This document shows, in pieces, positions 48,224-57,999 of a DNA stretch of 64,000 bases. Origin of the DNA: Monocercomonoides exilis PA203 (lineage: Eukaryota > Protista > Preaxostyla); contig LSRY02000024.1 in assembly GCA_001643675.2 (NCBI GenBank), positions 744,001-808,000 on the forward strand. Reading direction: 5' to 3'. The stretch's first letter is position 1. Each line of letters begins with the position of its first letter. Under the pieces are notes generated by a model, which did no database searches, was not told the origin of the DNA, and worked only from the letters and a program-made list of their open reading frames with translations. The position numbers and the translations under genes were made by a program.

Positions 48224-51200
48224 ATGATTCTATCTCCGTGTTGTCTGCTGATTGTTTCCTTTTTGGCGGCGAGTGTTTCATATGAGCTCAAAAGCAGCAT
48301 GCTTCTGGATGGAGAAGATGGGAAGGGAAAAATCAAAGAGAGACTGGAAGGCAAAGAAAATGCTTGGTGGGAAGAAAAGGGTGTGGAATGCTGGAAAAAG
48401 GAGGGAAAAGAGAAATGGCTTCAAACAGGAAGTGTGCGTTTCATGAGCAGGGAGCGGAATGGAGTTGGGGTGAAGAGTGTGAATGCATCGGTTTGTCTGA
48501 AGCGGCTGAAGATATTTGTGAGTGAAAATGTGGAAGTGATGAATGTGGGCTTGGGAAGTCTGGGGGAGATGAGCGAGTGCTGTGTGGTTGCAGAAAGTGG
48601 TGTGATGGGAAGTGTTGCAGGAGCAGATGGTGGAGTGGTTGTGTTGAGGAATGTGAGTGTGGAAGGTGTGAAGAAAGGGATTGTTTTCGTTGGGAGTTTG
48701 GTGAGGGTTGGGAGATGTGATGGGAGTGATTGTGGGTGTGTGGATTTGAGCGAAGGGGTTGTGAGGGATGTGAAGGTGATGATGGAAGGAGCCTTCATTG
48801 CCAGTTGCAGCGGAATGGACACAGTTGTGGAACAGATGGCGTTTGTGAATGTGAGCAGAATGGCGATGAAGAGGCAGATGACAGGAGAAGAGAAGAAAGA
48901 GAAGTGGAAAAATGAAGAAAATAAAAATCAGTATTTTTGGAGAAGGAATGGAGAAAAGATGATTGGGTGTGTTGTGGAAGGAGTGGAATGGCCTTTGGAT
49001 GGAGGCATTGTTTATGGAGCGAACAGAAGTGGGCAGAACTTGTGGTGTGAAAACACAACAATGGAGAGATGCGAAAGAAATGGAGCGATGAACGATTATG
49101 AAGGGGAGAAGAACATGGAAAGAAAAATCGTGAGCAGTGGAGATGAAACATTTGTTGATTGCTCATTTTTCGAAACCTCAGCGACAAGCAGTCAATCAAA
49201 TTCAGGAGGAGCGATCCTGTTCACATCAACTGGAAAATTGACTGTTTTGAGAACATCGTTTGAGAGATGCTATGCAGCTTATTGCGGAGGGGCGATCTCC
49301 AGTCGCTTGAAGGAATACTGCAAGATGGAAGTGGAAAAATGCAACTTCACACATTGTTGGAGTGTGGCATCTGGAGGAACTGTTGATGCTCGGTATGTAA
49401 GCGAAGGGAGATGGGCAAAATGCCGATTCATTGAGGGAAACACAACTCACATGGGAGGAGGGTTGTTTTTGGAATTTGAGCCAACAAGAAACGTTGTCAG
49501 TGAAAATGAGTTTGTTGGAAACTCGAAAATTGGGCAAACATACAATGGAGGAGTTGGATTGGGATTATATGAAAACTGTTTTGCCATTGTATCAGACTGT
49601 ATTTTCATGAATGGATACAGTGAAAATAGAGGCGGAGGGATATGTTGGGACGACAGAGCTGGATCAGCTGAATCAAAAGTGTTGTTTTGCTTCTTTGGAA
49701 ACAACAGTGCAGCAAATGGAGGATCGGATGTGTATATCTGCGATGGGTGGACAAGCATTGATGAAAGCAGTTTTGTATTGTGTCGGACGATTTCGGAAGG
49801 AGAGGGAATGAGAGTTGTGAAAGGAGGCACAGATTGCAGCGGTTGGGTGTTGAAAGGATATTTCAGCAAGATCCACATTGATGGAGAGGAAGGGATCGAC
49901 CATTTGGGATGTGGGTCTGGTGGAGTGGAAGGAGAAGAACAGAAGGGGAGGGGATGCAAAAGGATTGGGTATTTCAGAATGGTTGCAGATTTGACAAGAG
50001 AAGTGGATGTTGTTGTGGGGAGGGGAAGGTGCAGAGAGGAGAAAGTGGAGATTGGAGACTTGTCAGTGAGTGTGAAAGGGGTGGGGAAGGAGGAGACAGC
50101 TGTTGTTTTGAGAGGGAGGAGCGAAGGGGAAGAGGTGGTGCTGATTGGGAGAGGGAGTGGGATGTTTGAGGGGATGAGTTTTGCTCGAGTGGGGAAGGGG
50201 AAGAGGAGGAAGGAGGAGTTTGTTGTTGGAGAGAATGGAGGAGAGCTGCAGTTGGTGAAGTGCCGAGTGAGAGAGGTGAGCGCGGAGGAAAAGCAAAATG
50301 AAGGAGAAGGAGAAGGGGAAGGAAGAGAGGGAGAAGGGGATGCATTTTTGAGTGGGTTTGTGTTAGTTGTTGGAGGGAGAGTGGTGATGGAGTCAGTTGA
50401 GGTGAGTGGGATGAGGGAGGATGGGTGTGGAGTGGTGGAGATGGAAGGGGTGAATGGAGGGTGGGTGGAGATGAAGAACACAGTGGTGGAAGAGGTTGTG
50501 CGGGAGAGGGGGAATGGGAGTGTTGTGGGAGGGAGAGTGGGAGAAGGAGGAGGAGTGGTGGTGGAGGGAGGGACATATCGGAATTGTGGGTGCTTGTCGG
50601 GAAGTGGAGGTTGGATGTGGATTGGTGTTGGTGAAGGAGGGGTTGTGTCGATAGGCAACACAACAGGCAGCGAGGGAGGAGAAAGCGAGGGTGCTGTGAG
50701 TGTGGAGGGATGCAGCTGTGGAGGAGAAGGAGAAGGAGAGGGGTGCGGAGGAGGGCTGTTTGTGGAAGTGGGGAAGGGGTGGAGAGGGTTAGCGATTATA
50801 GATGCGGTATTCAGTGGATGTATGGTTGGGGAAGGGGAAAAAGAGCGTGGAAGAGGAGGAGGGTTGTATATTGATGTTGTGGATGGTGGAGAAGGAGGGA
50901 AAGCGTTGGATGAGATAGATGTGTTCCAGATTGGAAAAGTGAGATTTGAGGGAAACCGCGGGTGGGAAGGGAGAGATGTGTTTGCAAGGTGCAGTGTTCT
51001 GGGAGAAGTGGCAGACAGAGCTCATTTGGGGGATTGGTTTGTTCCATCAGAGGAGGAAAGAGAAGAGGATTGGAAGGAAGAGGAAGGGAAATGGGGAGGA
51101 GTGTGGGGGTGTGAGCGAAGCACCACAGGAGATGAGTTTGGGATTCCGATTGTGGTGTATTTGTGGGAAGGAGCGAGAGAGCGGATGCATGTGGATGGGG

Positions 51201-54200
51201 TTGGAGGAGGGGATTTTGGGAGGTGTGGATTTGCAGTTGCACCATGTGAGACAATCACACAAGCAATCAAACTGCATGCAGCATTGATGAAGGAGCAAGG
51301 GATGGAAGAGATCCGAGTGAGCCATTCCTCCTTGATTGAGGAGGCGATGGTTCTGAGTGAAGATGAGATGCCAAATGGATTGGTGATCGTTGGTGATGAA
51401 GAAGGGAGCGAAATTGTGTTTGGAGGAGAAAAGAGGAAACATGGCAGTGGAGAAGGAATAAAGTGGGAAGCAAAAGTGAATGAAATTGAAGAAAAGATGG
51501 GTTTTGTCAGGTCAAGTGTTCCATTTTCGTTGACAAAAATAATCTTTATGTTTGGAGAAGGGATGCTTGGATGCAGATCATTTGTTCGAATGGAGGACGA
51601 GAAGTGTGTTTTGCTGATGAAAGGATGCAGAATGGAGGGGAGAGGCAGAGAAGAAGGGGGAGAGATTGGATTTGTGTTTGTTGAAGGGATGAAGGGAGAG
51701 CTGAAGGTTGAGGAATGTGTGTTCAAGGACTGTCTGTTGGGAAAGGAGTATTTGGTGGTGGGTGAGGGAATGAAGAGCGTGGTGATAAATGGAACACTGT
51801 TCTCTGGAATAGACATGAGCAGCTCCAGTCTGATTGGAATATGTGGAGGAAGTGTTGGCGGAGCAAAGGGAAATGAAAGAAATGAAGAGAAAAAGAGGTT
51901 GTGGAGAGAGAATGGAGAAGAGAAGGCAAGAGTGAAGGTGCGGATGGAGAAGTCGAACTTCACAAGCATAACCTCGAGAGGCGAGAGCGGGGCAGTGATT
52001 GGAAGCAGAACAGGAGAAGTGATGGGGGTGGTGGATGTGAGAATCGAGGGGTGCGGGATGAGAGGGTGTGTGAATGAAGGGTCTGAGGAAGGGGGAGGCG
52101 TGAAGTGGCGAGGAGGGTGGGAAGAGAATGGAGAAGGGCTGGTGATGGAGAGCTGCACAGTTGCAGGATGTGAATGCAGCCGAACAAGTGGAAGGGGAGG
52201 GGGAATAATGCTGGACTGTGTTGGAAGGGCTGAGGGGAAAGAAGGAAATGGAGCAAATGGGATTGGAGGGTTTGTGATGAGGGGCATCTCATTCCTGTGG
52301 AATGAAGCATTTGTTGGGAAAGACATGTTTGTGAGGTGCTTGTCAATTGAGGAGCAGATGAAGCGGAGTGTGCTTGAGCTGGACACAGAGCAGGATTCTC
52401 TGTTGCGGAGGGATGCAGCGAATGCGAGTGATGAGGAAGAGAAGGATGTGGATCTGCTGGAGTGGTTGCAGGGGTATCAGTCTGTGTGGGTGTATGTTGC
52501 TGAGTCTGGGAAGGATGGGAGGTTGTGTGGATCAGATAGTGAGGCATGTCGGAGTGTTTCAGGTGGGATGAAGCACATGGAAAGAGGAGCAGGGAGCACG
52601 ATGTGGATTGTGGAGAAAGGGGTTGTGATGGAGAAGACGACTGTGGGAGATGTGTGCGTCCGATCTTGGAAGCGGGGGAAGAAGTGCATTGTGAGTGTGG
52701 ATAAGGTGGATGAAGCAGAAGTGTTGGAGGAAGGGGTTGTGTGCTTTGTGAATGAGAGTGAGGTGGTAGAGTGTGTGTTTGAAATCGGGAAGCATTTTGA
52801 GGGGAGAGATGGAAGTGTGCTTCAGCAAGTGAATGGAACACTTGTGATGACAGGGTGTGCAGTGAGGTTTGCGGAGCAAAGGGGAGCCCTGATGTGTGAT
52901 GTGATGAGGATATGTGGAGGAGTGTTTGAGATGCGTGGGGGTGTGGTGGAGCAAATGGAGTGTGGGAAGGGTGTGTTTGTGTTTGGGAGTGGGAGCAATG
53001 GAGTGTTGCGGGAGTGTGTGATTGGGGATGTGGAGAGCGAGGGAGATGTTGTGAGGGTGGATGGTGGAGGGAGAGTGGAGATGAAGGAGATTGTCATGAA
53101 AGATGTGAGATTGCGCGGAGGAGCGAGCTGTGTGAGTGTGAAGGGAAATGGGGCATTGAATGGGGAAGGGGAAGGAGGAAAGACGAGGATGTGGTGTGTG
53201 GAGCTTGTGAATGTGAGTGTTTCGAAGAGTGAGGGAAGTGTGCTGCATGGAGAAGGGCGAGGAGCAAAGACAGAGTGCGTGAACTGTTCGTTTGGGAGAT
53301 GGGGGAGGAGGAGTGGAGAAGGGAGTGCAGTGTGTGTGAGAGGAGGATGTGAGCTGGAGATGGAAGCATGCATGGTGGATGGGACAGGGCATGAGGAGAA
53401 GGATGAAAGAGAGGAGTGGATGAATGAAGGAGGAGAAGGAGAAGGAAATGAGAAAGGGGTGTGCAGGTGGAATGAGTCAGCTGTGGAGGTGAGACAGAGC
53501 ACCGGGGTTGTGATGGAGACGAGGATTGCGAACTGTGGTGAGGGAGGGATGAGTGTCAGTGGAGGGAGTTTGAAGATTGCGAAGAGTGAATTTGAAGGGA
53601 ATGGGGAAGGAGTTGCGAAGTATCCGTCTGCTCGGAGAAACATGTGGTGCAGAGAGGGAGGGAAGGTTGAAATGGTGAGCCTTCGTGGGGGAGATGGGGT
53701 GGAGAAGGGATCATCGATGTGGATGACGAATGAAGGATGTGAGGTGGGAGGAATTCTGGCAGCGAGAGAATCTGTGTTGTTCATTCCGCTAGTGGATGAA
53801 GTGGAGGTGGAGGTGGAGGAAGTCGGGGAGAGAGAGAAAGTGGTGTTTGTGGGGGAGTTGTTGCTTCCATGCAACTTATCATTCAAAGTGGAGAAGAGAA
53901 TGGGTGAAGAAGTTCATGTGGAGAAAGGGGTGTTTGAGGAAGAGGGATATGTTTCTGAGGGGATGGTGTTTGGGTGGACAAGCACTGCAGGAATCGGAAA
54001 TGAAAACGAAAATGCAGAAGTGAGTGTGTGCATCCTGTTTGGGAATGCTGAATCTCCTTCATCAACAAATGAATTCATCGTGAAGAACAGAAGCGAACCC
54101 AAAACAAATGGGGAGGAAAGGATTGTTGAAGGAGGAAAAGAAAAGAAATCTTATTGGTTGTTGATTGTGACTGTTCTTGTTATTTTATTGTTGATTGTTC

Positions 54201-55477
54201 TTATTGTTTCTATTATTCTTGCAGTCAGATGGAGAAAGGCAAAGAATGAAAATAAAGATCTGAGAGAGATAGTGAATGACACGGTGAAGAAGGATCCAAA
54301 GGCATTTGAGATGGTGACGATGGAGATGTCACCAGAGGTGCAGTGGAGGAGAGCTGAGAGAGAAGCGGAAAAGAAGAATGAAGAGAGGATCAAGAAGAGA
54401 GTGTATGCGAAAAGCTTGGGACACTCGGAGTCGTCAGAGCATTTGTTGAGTGAATGTGGATCGACTGAATATATCCTGGGGAAAGATTCAGACAAGATCC
54501 CTGAATGGGCATTGGAGAAGGTTGAGGAAGAAGAGACAAGAAAACGAACACCTTCGCCATCTGTTTCATCCACCTCAACCACAGACACTTCAGACACAGA
54601 ATCCACTTTTGTTCGATCAGAGAGTCTGTGTCCCACAACTTCATCGATGTCCAATCTGGTGGATGCAATGGCCTGCTCCTCACCACATGAAAAACTGATT
54701 GTGGATTTGAGAGATTCTCTGTTCATGCTTCTTCATGGAAGGAATGAGAAGAAAGAGATGCCAATTGGCTCATTAAATGAAAGAGAGCAGACAGCTGCTC
54801 AGGTGCTGTTTTGGGTGGCTAATCTCGCACTGCATTCATTTGATGAAATGGAAAATCCGCTTCAATCGCTTTCCAATCTCAGTCCACACATAGTGTTGTT
54901 TTCAGAACACATGGTCATTTGTATTGTGATGCACTCTGACTTCTCATCTGACGATGATTCCGATTCCTCATCCATCTCTTCATCAACTGTTGTGACTTCT
55001 GCAAGTGATGATGATGATTATGACTCTCTTCCCTCATCTGCGTTTGAGGAGGATGATGTTTTCAAAAAAGAGTGCCTGAGGTGGAAGGCACCCGAACTGC
55101 TGATGAACAAGAAGATGGGAGCAACAAAAGAGTCAGTTGTGTTTTCGATCGGGATGATGCTGTGGGAGTGTCTGACCCTTCAGATCCCGTTTGGGGAGTT
55201 TGAGGCCGAAGTGGCAGGGCAGAAGATTGTGAATGGAGAGAGGCCGGATTTGGAGAGAGTTGGAGGGAGCAAGTGGAAGGAGGCAGTGAAGGCGTGTGTT
55301 TCGAGCCGAGCAAGTGACCGTCCATCTCTGATGAGTGTGAAGCGAGCATGCATTGAGCGTTTTCCGGCGAATGCAGCAACATTGACTGTATCTGATGCAA
55401 TTGGGGTGTATATGAGTGGAGGCACAGCTGACGAAGAAGAAAGCGAAGATGGGATTGGAGAAAGCTCAATGGAATAG
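48224..55477 (+). CDS. Giant single-pass receptor-like protein: beta-helix/GGA-repeat ectodomain, TM helix, degenerate TKL-like kinase C-lobe (pseudokinase)
   Basis: ATG 48224 with signal-like MILSPCCLLIVSFLAASVS. GGAI/GGGL..F.GN repeats and three V..G.D...CG...C motifs; TM YWLLIVTVLVILLLIVLIVSIILAV (~54152-54226); kinase-like LRWKAPELL..SVVFSIGMMLWECLTLQIPF..GERP..DRPS. No Gly-loop, VAIK, HRD or DFG seen. Confidence 0.82.
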   Translation: MILSPCCLLIVSFLAASVSYELKSSMLLDGEDGKGKIKERLEGKENAWWEEKGVECWKKEGKEKWLQTGSVRFMSRERNGVGVKSVNASVCLKRLKIFVSENVEVMNVGLGSLGEMSECCVVAESGVMGSVAGADGGVVVLRNVSVEGVKKGIVFVGSLVRVGRCDGSDCGCVDLSEGVVRDVKVMMEGAFIASCSGMDTVVEQMAFVNVSRMAMKRQMTGEEKKEKWKNEENKNQYFWRRNGEKMIGCVVEGVEWPLDGGIVYGANRSGQNLWCENTTMERCERNGAMNDYEGEKNMERKIVSSGDETFVDCSFFETSATSSQSNSGGAILFTSTGKLTVLRTSFERCYAAYCGGAISSRLKEYCKMEVEKCNFTHCWSVASGGTVDARYVSEGRWAKCRFIEGNTTHMGGGLFLEFEPTRNVVSENEFVGNSKIGQTYNGGVGLGLYENCFAIVSDCIFMNGYSENRGGGICWDDRAGSAESKVLFCFFGNNSAANGGSDVYICDGWTSIDESSFVLCRTISEGEGMRVVKGGTDCSGWVLKGYFSKIHIDGEEGIDHLGCGSGGVEGEEQKGRGCKRIGYFRMVADLTREVDVVVGRGRCREEKVEIGDLSVSVKGVGKEETAVVLRGRSEGEEVVLIGRGSGMFEGMSFARVGKGKRRKEEFVVGENGGELQLVKCRVREVSAEEKQNEGEGEGEGREGEGDAFLSGFVLVVGGRVVMESVEVSGMREDGCGVVEMEGVNGGWVEMKNTVVEEVVRERGNGSVVGGRVGEGGGVVVEGGTYRNCGCLSGSGGWMWIGVGEGGVVSIGNTTGSEGGESEGAVSVEGCSCGGEGEGEGCGGGLFVEVGKGWRGLAIIDAVFSGCMVGEGEKERGRGGGLYIDVVDGGEGGKALDEIDVFQIGKVRFEGNRGWEGRDVFARCSVLGEVADRAHLGDWFVPSEEEREEDWKEEEGKWGGVWGCERSTTGDEFGIPIVVYLWEGARERMHVDGVGGGDFGRCGFAVAPCETITQAIKLHAALMKEQGMEEIRVSHSSLIEEAMVLSEDEMPNGLVIVGDEEGSEIVFGGEKRKHGSGEGIKWEAKVNEIEEKMGFVRSSVPFSLTKIIFMFGEGMLGCRSFVRMEDEKCVLLMKGCRMEGRGREEGGEIGFVFVEGMKGELKVEECVFKDCLLGKEYLVVGEGMKSVVINGTLFSGIDMSSSSLIGICGGSVGGAKGNERNEEKKRLWRENGEEKARVKVRMEKSNFTSITSRGESGAVIGSRTGEVMGVVDVRIEGCGMRGCVNEGSEEGGGVKWRGGWEENGEGLVMESCTVAGCECSRTSGRGGGIMLDCVGRAEGKEGNGANGIGGFVMRGISFLWNEAFVGKDMFVRCLSIEEQMKRSVLELDTEQDSLLRRDAANASDEEEKDVDLLEWLQGYQSVWVYVAESGKDGRLCGSDSEACRSVSGGMKHMERGAGSTMWIVEKGVVMEKTTVGDVCVRSWKRGKKCIVSVDKVDEAEVLEEGVVCFVNESEVVECVFEIGKHFEGRDGSVLQQVNGTLVMTGCAVRFAEQRGALMCDVMRICGGVFEMRGGVVEQMECGKGVFVFGSGSNGVLRECVIGDVESEGDVVRVDGGGRVEMKEIVMKDVRLRGGASCVSVKGNGALNGEGEGGKTRMWCVELVNVSVSKSEGSVLHGEGRGAKTECVNCSFGRWGRRSGEGSAVCVRGGCELEMEACMVDGTGHEEKDEREEWMNEGGEGEGNEKGVCRWNESAVEVRQSTGVVMETRIANCGEGGMSVSGGSLKIAKSEFEGNGEGVAKYPSARRNMWCREGGKVEMVSLRGGDGVEKGSSMWMTNEGCEVGGILAARESVLFIPLVDEVEVEVEEVGEREKVVFVGELLLPCNLSFKVEKRMGEEVHVEKGVFEEEGYVSEGMVFGWTSTAGIGNENENAEVSVCILFGNAESPSSTNEFIVKNRSEPKTNGEERIVEGGKEKKSYWLLIVTVLVILLLIVLIVSIILAVRWRKAKNENKDLREIVNDTVKKDPKAFEMVTMEMSPEVQWRRAEREAEKKNEERIKKRVYAKSLGHSESSEHLLSECGSTEYILGKDSDKIPEWALEKVEEEETRKRTPSPSVSSTSTTDTSDTESTFVRSESLCPTTSSMSNLVDAMACSSPHEKLIVDLRDSLFMLLHGRNEKKEMPIGSLNEREQTAAQVLFWVANLALHSFDEMENPLQSLSNLSPHIVLFSEHMVICIVMHSDFSSDDDSDSSSISSSTVVTSASDDDDYDSLPSSAFEEDDVFKKECLRWKAPELLMNKKMGATKESVVFSIGMMLWECLTLQIPFGEFEAEVAGQKIVNGERPDLERVGGSKWKEAVKACVSSRASDRPSLMSVKRACIERFPANAATLTVSDAIGVYMSGGTADEEESEDGIGESSME

Positions 55478-56024
55478 AAATGCACAAGGATTGCAACGTT
55501 CTGATGATGAATGAGAGGAAAGATAAATCAAAATCCCAAAATGAAAAAAATGATGAGTTTCCAACAGCAGCAAAACTGTTCTTTTTGTAAGTTTAATTGT
55601 TCAAGTGCATTTCTATTCTTTTCTTTTTCATTCATTTTTTTTTTTTGTTTGTGGTATTTCATTGATGGTGTTTGATGAGCTGCATTTGGCATCATTCCTC
55701 GAATGCGGCACTTGCAGCACTCCATCATCAAAAATATATGTGTAGGCAGTCATTTCAAAGGCACAGTTTAAATTTGTTTTTTTTAAGTTTATTATGATCA
55801 TTGTTCGACATATCTGTGAAAAAGGCGCCAAATCTCTTTTATGAATTATTGAATCAAAAAAAAATTTTTTTTAACAGTCAAAAAAGGTGGGAAAGTTTTT
55901 TCATCATTTGAAACCTTCTTTCTTATTCTTTTATTGACACTTTGATGAATATTAAAGGAAATGGGTGCGAAATACAAAATTTTTTTGGAAAGTGTTCATA
56001 GAAAGATAAAATATATATACATAA

Positions 56025-57091
56025 ACCATCGTTCGAAAACCCGGGAATTCTTCTTAAACCCGGACTTTTTCATAAAATTCATATTTTTCAATAAGTTTCA
56101 AAAATAAAATTATGATAATTCACATAATTATTCATCGGTATATAATACATCTATCCATGTACAAATTTTTATTTGTTGTGTTGTATTAATGAAGAAATAA
56201 ATAATTATTATTTTTGATAATCTGACTTTTAATAATTTTTTCTGTTTCAACAAAACGATTCAGTTCATCTTTTACACATGTAACTTATTTTTTCTTTGTT
56301 GCAAACTGTTCGGATTATTTTTCATTTTTGGCAATTTGCTATTTCTGACGAAAAAAAAAACTATCATTTTTGAAAAATCATTATCAATGGGATAACTTAA
56401 AAAATATTTTTTGCAAAACACAAAAACATCCAAGTGAATTTAACACATGCGTTAATAAATATGATAGTTATATAAAATTTCTTTATTGATGAAATTTAAA
56501 ATGATTCAGTAGGTATATCATAAAATACAATTTGGTAAATAAGTCAATGAAAATGATCATTGTTAATCATAAATTAAGAAAATAATCTTGATTTACAAAA
56601 TGCCTACTGAATCATTTTAAATTTCATCAATAAAGAAATTTTATATAACTATCATATTTATTAACGCATGTGTTAAATTCACTTGGATGTTTTTGTGTTT
56701 TGCAAAAAATATTTTTTAAGTTATCCCATTGATAATGATTTTTCAAAAATGATAGTTTTTTTTTTCGTCAGAAATAGCAAATTGCCAAAAATGAAAAATA
56801 ATCCGAACAGTTTGCAACAAAGAAAAAATAAGTTACATGTGTAAAAGATGAACTGAATCGTTTTGTTGAAACAGAAAAAATTATTAAAAGTCAGATTATC
56901 AAAAATAATAATTATTTATTTCTTCATTAATACAACACAACAAATAAAAATTTGTACATGGATAGATGTATTATATACCGATGAATAATTATGTGAATTA
57001 TCATAATTTTATTTTTGAAACTTATTGAAAAATATGAATTTTATGAAAAAGTCCGGGTTTAAGAAGAATTCCCGGGTTTTCGAACGATGGT
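56025..57091. mobile_element. Fold-back DNA element 2: 489-bp inverted arms (56025-56513 and 56603-57091), 89-bp spacer, 4-bp TSD ATAA
   Basis: ATAA|ACCATCGTTCGAAAACCCGGG...CCCGGGTTTTCGAACGATGGT|ATAA. No mismatch between the arms seen by eye; non-coding. Confidence 0.85.
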
Positions 57092-57661
57092 ATAAAAATC
57101 TGACACAATGGAATTAAAGCATTTAAAAAGGGTGAAGAATGAGAAATACTCAAAGAAAAACAAAGGCATAGATGAGAAACTTTTCTGATAAATGGGTGAT
57201 TTTTTTTGATATCATAAAAAAAGATCAAAAATCGAAAAAATATAATCTATAGTGGTATTAATTGATCAATAAGTTAAATTGATGTTTCATAAGTATTTAG
57301 CTTTTATTTCTGTCATATATATTTGTTTTATTTATTTATATAAAAAATCATACCTTTTTGAAATTTCAGTGCAAAAAGATTTTTTTGATCAAGTTCAATA
57401 AAAATTAGCCAAAAATAAATAAATAAAACTTCAAAAGAAAAAATTGCAAATTCATAATTGGCAAAATACACATTGCAAAGAGAAAGTTTATAAGAAGAAC
57501 AGAAAAAATGATAGGAAAACAAAATTATAGAAATTAATTGATCAAAATCAGTTAATTTATTTTTTTGTTCTTTCTTTTGAATAGCCAACAAATCTCCATT
57601 CCTTTAATTCTGTTCAATAGCTTCATCAATTTTTGAACGAAATCGTGAACCATTGGATTAA

Positions 57662-57922
57662 ACGAAATTTAACAGCTGTCTCCCTCTTATAGCCCAGAAC
57701 AAAATTGTTGCCAGCAATGGAACAGATGTTTATGCCTGTTACAAAACACAGCAAAGCCCATGTGACACCATGGAGTATGCCCTCAACGGCTTCATTGCTC
57801 CATTCAGTGATGCCTCTCTCTCTCTTCTCGTCTCCATTTTTACTCCTACAATGACTCTCACATTCAGTGCAGCTGACACAAAAATCATTGATAACAATAA
57901 CTTTTTTCCAATTTCATTATAA
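57662..57922 (+). pseudogene. Fragment of a surface-protein gene inside the 6.7-kb element
   Basis: The frame reads KIVASNGTDVYACYKTQQSPCDTMEYALNG..., resembling the V..G.D...C....PC.T...A motif in the 48224-55477 ectodomain. It is bounded by stops and lacks a proper start. Confidence 0.55.
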
Positions 57923-57999
57923 TTTCTTCAATTATTTCTTCTTCTAATTTTGAACAATTTTTATATTATTGTAAAGCTCATGAGTTTTCGTCGTCTTTT

